64,000 bases of DNA from Schmidtea nova. Taxonomy: Eukaryota. Shown here piece after piece: positions 35,978 through 47,443 of this stretch. Position 1 is the stretch's first letter. The number at the start of each line of letters is the position of its first letter. The notes beneath the pieces are model-generated. The model searched no databases, was not told the origin of the DNA, and saw only the letters and a program-made list of their open reading frames with translations. Both the position numbers and the translations under genes were made by a program. The stretch spans positions 204,414,001 to 204,478,000 of the forward strand of contig CM097883.1 of the NCBI GenBank assembly GCA_044892505.1, read 5' to 3'.

Positions 35978-37594
35978 CTATTTGTTTCTGATTTTAGGAT
36001 GCGATGCAAATAAAGTCAGAATGTCGCTAATTCTCGACGATTTGGTAATTGCTACTTTATATTTGTTTGTTAATTCTACATTTTGATTGTGGTATTTCCT
36101 TTTCATATTTTGCTCAACTAGCATTGAACAGTCCTTGGTGTACATGCGATTATTGTCTATAACGCAGAGGAACAGATCCATGCTCATGTACCCTTGAGGA
36201 CAACACAATATCTAAATACAATTTGTCATTCAACAATTAAATAAGTATACAAATTTACAGGATAATTATAGAAAAATTCCCGATAGCCTCCGTTGAGAAT
36301 ATAAATATTTGGGAAAAATAAATCTCGATTGTAACCATTTACTATCCGATCTAATTCTCGAATGCANNNNNNNNNNNNNNNNNNNNNNNNNNNNNNNNNN
36401 NNNNNNNNNNNNNNNNNNNNNNNNNNNNNNNNNNNNNNNNNNNNNNNNNNNNNNNNNNNNNNNNNNNNNNNNNNNNNNNNNNNNNNNNNNNNNNNNNNNN
36501 NNNNNNNNNNNNNNNNNNNNNNNNNNNNNNNNNNNNNNNNNNNNNNNNNNNNNNNNNNNNNNNNNNNNNNNNNNNNNNNNNNNNNNNNNNNNNNNNNNNN
36601 NNNNNNNACCTTTGATCTTTTTTTATTATTATTATCAATAATTCTCATAATGACTATAGATCAAAAATTTTTTTTATAAACAATAACACAATATTTCGGC
36701 ACAGCCTTTATCAAGTGTGTATTTCTAATAATAATAGAAATACACACTTGATAAAAACTGTGCCGAAATATTGTGTTATTGTTTATAAAAAAATTTTTGA
36801 TCTATAGTNNNNNNNNNNNNNNNNNNNNNNNNNNNNNNNNNNNNNNNNNNNNNNNNNNNNNNNNNNNNNNNNNNNNNNNNNNNNNNNNNNNNNNNNNNNN
36901 NNNNNNNNNNNNNNNNNNNNNNNNNNNNNNNNNNNNNNNNNNNNNNNNNNNNNNNNNNNNNNNNTGCAATATAAATGAGAACTCACAATCCAGGGGCCCG
37001 GTAGCTGCTGTATTCACAATAGAATATATAAATCGTGTCATCTCTTTTCAAAGTTTTCCTTAATGTAACATCCGTTGAATGTTGATTGACTGCTGATTCG
37101 GATATGGGAAACAACATTTGAAGGAGCACTTGCTTATTGTAAGCATTTCTCGAATGGACAATGTGGCCAGCGGAATATTCATAAGGGTAGCGACAATCAA
37201 ATATTTCAACGGGGTTATCGAGGATATGATTGCCAGAAATCAGCTTAGCCAATGTCGATGTGGATATTTGAGGAATAAATAGATGACGAGTGGTCTCCGT
37301 TGTGACTGGCAGTAAATATTCTGTGGAATCCGAACAGTCCGTTACTGGGTCCGATAATACATCCATCTATAAATTAACATAAGTTTCATCATGAATAAAA
37401 TTAGTCAATTTTACTTGAAATATTGGAATCCTTTGTGAAGTCTGTGAGAGATTTGACCGAATATTCTCCTCGTTGTTTTCCAGCACGAAGGAGAGAATGT
37501 CATCTTGACTATGCTCAGTATCGAAACCAGAATCCAAAGAATTATTATCGTTAGAAACGTCACCAGATCTTGACGGATTTTGCTGAATCTTCAT
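35978..37594 (-). CDS. cdc25: Cdc25 phosphatase, copy B (inverted, same exon structure)
   Basis: Near-identical reverse complement of copy A, with six amino-acid differences visible. Intron 2 contains gaps and a foldback repeat. Confidence 0.9.
36608..36808. repeat. AT-rich foldback (palindromic) repeat in cdc25-B intron 2
   Basis: Arms ACTATAGATCAAAAA...CACAATATTTCGGCACAG..TTTATCAAGTGTGTA are inverted around a short spacer; same family as 60971-61188 and ~56520-56665. Confidence 0.85.
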
Positions 37595-38911
37595 AGTCCG
37601 ATAATATAGTCACAGAAGGATTATAAAACCTACCGAATTGTTTTGAATTTTGCAATTCTTTGAACTGATGAACTCATTAAAATTGCCGTATTTTTCATGG
37701 GGTCTTTCAAGATCAAAAGGATTAAATTTTATTGATTTTCGTGTGATTTGATTGGCAGATATTTGATCAGCAATTGGTTGTGATTGAGAGCTGCGATTGG
37801 TTAGCAAATGACAACTAATGAAAATGAAATTCAAAAATGCAATTTATCGATTTCTCCGTGACTCACTCGCTGCCAACCGAATATTTCAAATGCAAAAATC
37901 CATATTTTGACAAATGAGCCATTTTTGGAATTTTTTTCGTCGCTAAACACGATTTTTTTCGATTATTTTTATTTATTTTCATTCGTTTCGTTGATATTTT
38001 TCTATATTAAGAAACAAATTTTTCATATAAAAAATTTAGAATGTTTCAAAGTTCATTTTTACCTAGTTTTGTGAATTTCGATTTTAAATAATTTTAAAAT
38101 TTAGAAATGATCAATAGGAATATATATGAAGTCGATAAAAATTCAATAAAAAGTGTAATAATATTATTATTCAATAAAAAGGGATTAAAATATCCAAATT
38201 TAATAATAATTGACTTTCATTTTTTCAATTGATTTCCATAAATGAAATAAATTACCATTAATAGAATGGAATTGGCATTACAAAATTCAAAAATTTATTA
38301 TTTTGATAAATTTCTACAAATTATATTTGTAAATAATTACAAAATGTTGTGTGATTTCCATGTTTAAAGTTTACAGAAAATTTGTGCACATTTATGCTTG
38401 ACTTATTCAATGGGTCGCAAATAAATTATTGTTATCTAAATAATAATTATTATTATCCAAATGCAATTGCTAGGTGGCATCAATAAAATGAGTTCCGTAA
38501 AAGATATTAACTTTTTAATTTCATATAGTTATGTCATGATTTGTTACATAATATATTCTTAGTTGTCACCTTCAATAAATTTATATTTGATAGATTCACC
38601 GACTGCGTTAGTGACGGACTTGACGCAACTTGGATATCTGTGTTCATTATAATTTATGAACGTTGCATTATTCATGAGACTGGTCCAGTTGGCATTACTG
38701 AGGACCCCTCATTATCAGATATTGTTGTTGACGAATAATTTGTTGCAAACTAATTTTCTATTCAAATGGAAATAAATGAAATTTAACTGTATCTTTTAGT
38801 TTGAAATTTTTTATATTATTTTAACAACTTAAAAAACTAATTAACCCATTTCTTCCCAAAATTAAAAATCATGAAGAAATATGCTACTTTGTCATAAATT
38901 TCACTTTAATA

Positions 38912-40367
38912 TACCATTTTCCGGTCAATTTAGTCTTTTTGCCAACCAATTTAGTCCTTTTTAAAATAATTTAGTCTTTTTACCAATCACTTTAGTCCTT
39001 TTATCAAGCAATTTAATCTTTTTACCAATCAATTTAGTCCTTTAATAATATAAATTGAAATTTATAAATTTTATAGCAGTTTAATATAAAAAAACCAACT
39101 ATAAATTTATTGATGAACATACGCCATTCCAGCTGCACAGTTAATAATATTACAAATAATATACCTAAAATACCCAGAACAATCCCTAGAATTTATAGTT
39201 ATTGTTTCTGCCATCATCAGTTCAGATAATGTACCGGTTACACCTTCCCTTAATTTAGATCGAACTCCATTTTTAATTTTAGAAAATGAGTTTTCAATTG
39301 GGTTAAGCATATATGAATAAGGTGATAGGAACTTAAAATCAAATCCAGATTGAGAAGTTATTCTTTTGATATCATCTCTTCGGTGAATACGCGCATTATC
39401 TAAAATTAAACAGGCGTTCTCCATTTCTTTAACATCTCTTAAGTACCTACACAGCTCATTAATATATTCATTAAATATATCCGAATTAACTGTTGAATTA
39501 GTAATGGTTTTACAAAATCCCATTCCGTCAACTGTGAGACAGGCAATTAAAGAAACCGAATGACCCCTGACAGTTGGCATTCTTACTATAGCCCTTGTTC
39601 CTCGCTTAGACCTTCCATATGATCTTTTGAGGTGTAAATTAAAACCGCTCTCATCAATAAAACGGCTTTTGAATAATCATTTTCAAAGTAATTATTGAAC
39701 CATATTGAGTATTGCTTTCGTAGTTCAATTTTATCGGGCATATTTACCCTTTCAAGCTCTCGATGCGTTAATTTTGTCGTGATTTTAAGCTCTTGAAGGC
39801 ACGTATTGATTGTTGAAACGGAAACAGTGCCTGTTTTGCGATTCAATTTGAAGAGCCCTTTTGATTTCATTTAACGTAAATTGAGAATTGAATGTAACTA
39901 TATTCTCAATTTCGTTGATAATTTCAGGTGTTAGTATCTTTTTTTGACTTCCACCTTTATTTTTCAACTCTGTCTTGCCTGTTTTTTCGTAGTTTTTTAA
40001 TATAGTTTTTGCTGATCTATAATTAATTTCTAATAATGAAGAGGCCTCTTTAATGTTCTGCCCTTGATCATTAACTAAACGTATTAAACTTAGTCTTTTT
40101 TTCATTTGAAATAGAATTGTTTTTTCCAGAGCTGTTCCTATTTCTAGTACTATGATTAATTCTGTCTTCACCGTTATTATTCATTAAATAGGGTATTAAA
40201 AATTTTTTTAAATCCTTGAAAAGCGCTGTAAATTAATGATTCTAAATAAATAAAGTATAAAATATTTATTAATTCGAAAATGACTATATTGACTGAAAAA
40301 AGACTAAATTGCTTGATAAAAGGACTAAATTGATTGGTAAAAAGACTAAATTGACCGAAAAATGGTA
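38912..40367 (-). mobile_element. Tc1/IS630-like DD34E element with frameshifted transposase (ORF pieces 39785-40171, 39586-39870, 39107-39580)
   Basis: TA TSDs; TIRs TACCATTTT(C/T)CGGTCAATTTAGTC with tandem AATTTAGTC subterminal repeats; LILDNARIH...LSPYSYMLNPIE has 34 residues between D and E. Confidence 0.92.
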
Positions 40368-40568
40368 TATAATTGAAATATTATTATAAATATTAAAAAT
40401 TAGTATTATTTATTTTCGTTTACACTACGGATATCGTTGCGTTGGCGCTACGTTGGGAGTTTCCTGATAAAAAAATCTTTTGTTTTATTTTTTTGATTAC
40501 TTGCTTTTATTTGCTCAAAATGTGAAAAATGCTGATTTTATGGATGAAACTTCACAAAGGTTATGAAT

Positions 40569-42269
40569 TTATTCATGAAACTTTGAAAAACACTCTATAT
40601 GAATCTGAACCCGATATTTCTGGCAGATATAGATTGCCTGGCTTTTGCAAATCTTGCACCTCCTCCTTGCGTTTTCTTCATTACGGATTATGATATGATT
40701 AGTTCTATCCTCCCTCATCGCTCCTGGTAACATGTTTTTGCTGGGACTTCCAGGGTTGTTATTTCTTCTTAGATGTTGGTAGTTTACCTCCAGATCAAAT
40801 TCTTCTTCACTTTTCAATAAAGATAGTACAATCTGGGATTTGAAGTAAATTTGCTGATAGTGGAGCATGTTGCCAATTGGTAAATTTCCCAGGCATTGAC
40901 AATAGCATCGTCGATCACATTGGAAAACGCCTTGATTGTATTGGTGGATAAAATTCGGTTGAGGTATCATGTTGTGCTTTTTTTCTTTCCGGTTGTATCT
41001 CTTTATATTTCTTAATGGCTCAAGAGTATCAAAGTTGGTAATAACTTTTACAACAGAATTGTCATACAATCTAACAGCAAATACTTTGTTTATATAGTCA
41101 AATCTATAATCAAAATTTCCTTTTGGTTCTTTCACCAAGGCTTTTGTTGTTTGAAGTGGACAAGAAGTAATCCGGTTCTCTCTCACCGACCAGTTGCAAA
41201 AAAATTCATTTCCGATAATAAGGTAAAAGGGTAATGGCTCGCAAAGAAGTTATCAAAAATACGACTTGATTATTGGGGTCAGGAACAACTTTCAACAAGT
41301 TTATTACTACCCTTTCACTTAAACTAAGGTTATCATTATCTTTCTGTGAAGCTCCTCCAAAAGGGTCAAATTGGTGCACATAGCCTCCAGCTGAGGCTAT
41401 ACCCCATAAGTTGAAACCAAATCTCACTGGTTTCCCTCTTATGAACATCTTGGCAGAATGACATCCAAAATATGGCACCATCTCCTCATCAATCGATATC
41501 TTATAGGTGAACACACCAAACTGCATATAGCGTTTATTTAATTCGTTGAAAAAAGTCTCAGCTTAGAAAACTTATCAGATTTGCCTAATTTATTATTATC
41601 AGAAAGATGAATGTACTTCTTTATTTCATCAAATCTGTTCCGTGACATAATTTTGCGTATGAGAGGGATCCCTTTATCTTCATCTAAACTCCAGTAAAAT
41701 TTTGTTTGTGGAAGAGAGTGATAATCAGTGAATATAAGGATACCAATAATTTTTTTAAATCAATACGTGACATAGAAAATGTGGTTATTTTTACTGTGAG
41801 CATATTTGATTGAAAACTCTACTATTTCATCCAAAAGTGATTTATCAAAAAAAAGTTAAAACGTTTGTATGGATGTCAAACTCCCAAACTTATTCTTTAT
41901 TTCTTCGACACATCTAACCTCATAGTTTTCAGGAGTGTCACTGTAAGTTGAAGCACACTTCAGCCATTTTGTTATAGGTTTCTTCTTTTTCTGTTTTGGT
42001 TCTTTAGAAGTATTTTGTGTAGTTTAAGGTACTATATCTGCTTTGTTATCTAAAGTGGTGTGAATTTCAAATGTACCCACTCCATACAATAGTAATCCAT
42101 CACCTCCATCATTTATAATTGTACTTCCATCTTCTATTTCTTCCTCATCAGTAAGTTCGTCGACTGCAGGAGATATGATGACTGCATTAATGTCTTCTTC
42201 TGTATCTAATTCCCCAATAACATCTATAATTTCGGCAACTGTTTGTAATCTTTTCTTGTAGAAAATCAT
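40569..42269 (-). pseudogene. Fragmented piggyBac transposase
   Basis: SIDEEMVPYFGCHSAKMFIRGKPVRFGF, C-terminal Cys-rich RRCKIC...C...HIECF; multiple stops and frameshifts. Confidence 0.9.
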
Positions 42270-43499
42270 TTATTATTCGAAAAATCAAGGCAAAAAATAT
42301 GTTCTAAAATGTAATATAATTTTATAAAAATTAAATGTCAAGAAATAATGTATTTACAAAGTTTTTACACTGCAGAATACTTTATAAGCACCAAATATTC
42401 ACTTAGAAGTCTTATTTTAAACCGCACAGGTCACAATTTGTCACACAACAAACATGAACTGAGCAACTCCCAACAGATGTATGAATCATTCACTGATGAG
42501 TCATAAGATCAAGATAATAAAGAAAATATGCATCTATGTGCGTTCCACATATATATCACATAGGAATATGAACATAACAGTTAAACTAAATATAATTTAA
42601 TATTTCAAATAACTTATTGAAAAATATTGGAAAAAACGCGATTTCAGTATTATGCTTTTAACGAATTGTTGGAATCATTTTGAAATTATAAACATATAAA
42701 CAGACAGCTAATGAATGCTTTTAACATACATAATAAGTTTTGTATAATAAATTCGTTTTAACTGCATTGTGCGAAGTTAAACTTTGCATTGCGTGTGTGC
42801 AACATTGGGAAGAAATGGGTTAATGTTACGAAATATGTAAATATTCAAGTTTTTAATATATTATTTTTGGAGTTGCACAAAAATGCACAAATAAAAATGC
42901 ATAATTTAAATATAAAAATGTAAATCTTAAAAGTTTAAATTAAGAGAAAAACCTATCAAAAATTAAGTGAAAAATTAATATTTTGTGAGGGGAAACAGTA
43001 TGAGTTAACGCCAAATATATTAATTAAAATTTTATGGGGCTCCAGATAAAAATATTACAAAAATAAGGATTAATTAGCGGTTGGTAGCTGTTCACTTTTA
43101 TAGTTTGCTATAGACAAATGGGATATTTTTAAGACTCAAACCACTTTGTGATAAAAAATGTTTGAAATAAAGTTCGATTCAACGTTTATTCTTTATTACA
43201 AGATTCTTTTTCAAATTCTGTTTCTCTTTGAAAATCACTCGATATAAACAAATCTATTTTCTTTTAAATTGATTATCTAAAATAAATTAATTATCACATT
43301 CCCCTGTGATAAGTACGACGAATCCAACTTGTACTGATCAAGATAGGAAGGCTTCCTTCGATTGCGAGCCAAGCTCGTGTCTTCCTCACTCTCTTCTGGA
43401 TTTCTGATGTCAATCTGATTGTCTTCAAATTCGCATTCGACATCGCTGGATTCGATAGGTTGATTTGGCTACACTCGGATGTCTGCAACATGACGCGGT

Positions 43500-46169
43500 A
43501 CTCCGTCAACCTCTACGTTGGTAGGTGAATTAATGCCAGTGATGATTCCACTGGACCACTGATCAGTCCATTTGGTCGGAACTGCCTTTATAACAATATT
43601 CTGACCAGTTTTAAATTTACTAGATACTACGCGCTCCTCCTCTACATCTCTGTAAAATTTCCATTGGTTCTTAAATAGCCCCTCTGATAAGCTGTACTTT
43701 GATTCTTCGCGTCTTTGGGTGCCATGTTATACCAATAAACAATGTCCCGTGGGTCTGAACGACTCCTGGCGGCATGGGATTTTATTGTCCGGTGGTTTCT
43801 CTCCACGATCCCATTCCCAGATGGACGGTAGGCACATCTGTATGTCGGCTTTACATCCCATCTACAACATAAATCTTGTAAAGATTTAGAATTAAAACTA
43901 GGACCATTGTTTATGAGTAGCTCACGAGGCGGACCTCTCTCTCGAAACACTTCTTCGAGATTTTTCACAATATTTTGTGCATCTTCATATGGTATCCTTC
44001 TCCAAATGGCAAATCTGCTAGGCCCACAATCAACGATAGTCATGAAAATGGATCCTTCGTAGTGCGTTACATCTACAGCTAGTCTTTCCCAATTTTTATT
44101 GACCCCTAATGATCCGTTTTTCCACTTAATTGGCAACGGATCGATAGATTTACATTCAATACAATTTCTTACCACATTTTTTATGACGTCTCGTGGGGTT
44201 TCTGGGTTTTCTAACTGAATGAAATAAATAGATTTTTCCAGACCAAAATGGTGTTTGTTGTGACGGTTCCTTACTTGTTCTGACGATAAGCCCACGCAGC
44301 CAAAAGACGCTCTAGACTTCAACCACCTCTCTGGAACGCGTGTCAGTATATCTGCTCGGTTTTCCGCTGATTTAACCAATTGCACATGAATAAGAATTCT
44401 GTCATTCTCGATAATCTCTTTTATTATTCCCAAACGACGTCTAATCAGAGTCTCTGAAATTCCATGGACACGAATCTTATATTCATTGTTAAGAACTGTT
44501 CTCAACCAGCCTACTACCGTCACCGAATCTACCATCAGCTCAATTTTTTTAACGCCCAATTTGATTGCTAAGTTTACGCCTTTAAGAACTGCATCGAGCT
44601 CAGCGACGTTTATATGTGAATGATCATCACTTTTCCTGAGCCAAGTTGCATCCTCCACGACGTGGCCATTTATCACTAATACGACACCCAGTGCTAAACT
44701 GCTAGCATCACACCATAAAGTACAGTGATCCCTGATGTTTACAGTCCAGCTTCCTTTGACTGGATCGTCCAGTTCAATGAGACTCATCACTTCAGTCAAT
44801 CTCGATTCGCACTCTGCTCCGACGAGATCATCCCAATTTGTACCATCCACAATTCTCTTGATAAAACTGCAAGCCACTCTGAGCCACCCCGCGACCGGAT
44901 AATGCCCAATAAGCTTTCCACAAATAGAAAACAATTTACGCCGAGTAACCTTACCTTCAATTGGGTCAACTATATTTCCTCTTGACCATAGCAGGTTACC
45001 GTGACGATTGCGTTCAATTTTTAAACCGAGAACCTTTGTATTCGCTGGCTTCGTTACTAATCCATATTGAGCCAAATGTTTCACCACTTCATCGATACTG
45101 ACCAAACTCGTGTTAACAGCTATGTCATCGATGTAGTGATCTGTCGCATTCAGGATTCGCGAATCAAGACTCAGCACCTTTCTCAACACTAAGGACATTA
45201 TCTTTGGAGCACAACTAAGACCAAATCCTAGTCTTGTAAGATAATACGTCTTCTTTTTGTAGCAAATCCTTTGGAATTCCCAAAGATCAGTGCTTACATG
45301 CAACTGTAGATAAGCATTTTTTAGATCAAGCATCGATAGCTGTTCTCCCATCTGTCTCCATTGTTTAGGCTCTCACCACAAATATTACAATAGCCAGTGT
45401 GACTCTTCACAAATTCATTGAGTTCCCTAAAGTCAAGAACGGGTCGAACATTTCCTTTGTTTTCTTGTACTGCAGCTAGAAGAGGAAGAATTCCGCAGCC
45501 GGTTTCTTCAGCGGGGGTTAGCCAGCCTTCCATTATCCATCGCTCTACTTCAGCTTCATATTCTTGTAGCACTTCAGGCTTAATTGCGTATTCGGCAACG
45601 TTGTTCCGCAATATTTTAGGTTTGTCTTTCCATTTCCAAGATACTGTCCACTTGTCTCCGTCAAAACTTGCAACGAAATCCTCATCGTCGATTTTCACTT
45701 GTTTTTGAACTAAAGCCGACATGGATACTCGAGTGCATTCACCAAACTGTACTCCATAATTGTCAATTGAGACTCCCCCAAGGCGTTCAATCGCATCAAG
45801 ACCTAAAATAACATCCACTCCGGTAACAAAATTCGACATTATTAAGCACTTTAACAAAAAACTTGTTCCTCGAACAGATAAATGACACTAACTCTCTCCT
45901 TCACAGTGGACTCTTCTACCATCTACTGCAACAACAACTCTGACTTCACCACTTTCTTCTGCACAGATACGGGAAACAATGGTTTGCGAACATCCAGAAT
46001 CGACTAGTCCAGTGCACGATTTTCCATTCACTCTAAGTCTGACAAGTACTCGCGCCATCTCAGACATCACTGAGAAACCGCTGGCGCTCCAGTTTCTCTT
46101 CTGGCGTTTCCCTGTGCGTTTGAAGAGCATTGTCTCGACGAATGCCCTATGATTCCACATGTCCAACAC
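43500..46169 (-). pseudogene. pol: Pol in at least three frameshifted pieces
   Basis: GLVDSGCSQT protease, RPVLDFRELN and HYIDDIAV RT, WCDASS RNase H, AVDVTH / GNGIVERNHRTIK integrase. Confidence 0.92.
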
Positions 46170-46759
46170 TCTTTAGAGGGGCATTTATTTTTGAAATGTC
46201 CCGATTTTCCACATCCGTAGCAAAGTTTGACTTCTTTACCCGGCGCAGAACCACTTCCTTTCACTGCAATTAGACAAGTGAAGCCATTTTGTTCTGATAT
46301 TAGTGCTCGAGCTTGTCGAACAACTTCAGAGAGGTTCATTTCGAAGATCCTTGCTAAAGCTCTGAGTTGGTGGGAAACCATTGATGGAAGTCCGACTACA
46401 AATGCTCTCTTGGGAAGCCCATCATCATTTATTTCAGCCAGCGTAGCTAATCGCTGCAAATCTGCAAGAAAAACATCAACTGGCTCACCATTCCACAGAC
46501 GACTGCGAAACGTGTCATATGCCTGGAATCCATCCATCGAAAAGGCATCTGTTAGGGATTTTTCAATTGCGTCGATGTTTTCTTTGTCCTTCTCCGTCAG
46601 GTGGTCATAAACAAGAAAAGCTTGTCCATCAAGCAGTAATGGGAGAACGAAGGCCAAATCTTCGATATTTTGATGCTTGGCCACTAACTTCAGCTTCTTA
46701 AGCCAAGTTGAAAACTTACCTACTCCATTGTAGGGCTTGATAAATTTTTGCATCTCCAT
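46067..46759 (-). CDS. gag: Gag with two CCHC zinc knuckles
   Basis: CYGCGKSGHFKNKC and CWTCGIIGHSSRQC; ATG just downstream of the 5' LTR. Confidence 0.9.
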   Translation of the reverse strand: MEMQKFIKPYNGVGKFSTWLKKLKLVAKHQNIEDLAFVLPLLLDGQAFLVYDHLTEKDKENIDAIEKSLTDAFSMDGFQAYDTFRSRLWNGEPVDVFLADLQRLATLAEINDDGLPKRAFVVGLPSMVSHQLRALARIFEMNLSEVVRQARALISEQNGFTCLIAVKGSGSAPGKEVKLCYGCGKSGHFKNKCPSKECWTCGIIGHSSRQCSSNAQGNARRETGAPAVSQ

Positions 46760-47275
46760 TATAGCCGCGATAGCTTGTGATAAAAAATGTTTGAAATAAA
46801 GCTCGATTCAACGTTTATTCTTTATTACAAGATTCTTTTACAAATTCTGTTTCTCTTTGAAAATCACTCGATATAAACAAATCTATTTTCTTTTAAATTG
46901 ATTATCTAAAATAAATTAATTATCACACACTTTCTTAAAATTTGGAAAGGAAAATGATTGTTTTACTGTTTTATCTGCTATGAAAATACATTTAAAACTT
47001 TTTTCAAAGAAATCTATTAACCAAAAGGGTAAGATTGCTGTTTTATCTAATATTAATTGAAGTAAACATTTTGAATATTACAGTTAAAAATAATCAAAAT
47101 CATATATTTATGGTAAAATGTTAGAACAATTCATTGAAAACTTTTATTTTGTCCTGTAGTAAATCATGTATGATTTTCTAAGTGAGATATATAATAGTCT
47201 TTTATATTGAACTAAATAGTTCATTCTTCATTCATTACCTTTACTTTATAATTTTAGACAGAATCCTATTAACGG

Positions 47276-47443
47276 TATTTTACATTCTTTTATAGAAATA
47301 CAAATTATTCTAGCAGTGCATTATGACCATTTTTCAAGTGAGGTCCATAAATATGACAAACATACTATTTATGGACCTCACTTGGAAAATGGTCATGATG
47401 TACTGCTAGAATAATTTGTATTTCTATAAAAGAATGTAAAATA
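47276..47443. repeat. 168-bp near-perfect hairpin / foldback MITE
   Basis: About 78-bp arms TATTTTACATTCTTTTATAGAAATAC...GAGGTCCATAAATA inverted around a 12-nt loop, about 3 mismatches. Confidence 0.9.

Larger units (their letters stand above)
38845..42819 (-). mobile_element. piggyBac element (PGBD3-like) with a nested Tc1
   Basis: TTAA TSDs (38841-38844, 42820-42823); perfect 15-bp TIRs CCCATTTCTTCCCAA; the empty site is seen in the left arm near 20700. Confidence 0.93.
43147..46927 (-). mobile_element. Compact Ty3/gypsy LTR retrotransposon (3.8 kb), frameshifted
   Basis: 152-bp LTRs TGTGATA...TATCACA (43147-43298, 46776-46927; 2 differences seen); 5-bp TSD CACTT; PPT AGGGGAA at 43299-43305 on the minus strand. 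Confidence 0.95.

Noticed and set aside
38920-39050. Regularly spaced AATTTAGTC repeats that look like a CRISPR array
   Set aside because: Units are ~20 bp, mirrored at the other end of the element, and are Tc1 subterminal repeats in eukaryotic DNA.
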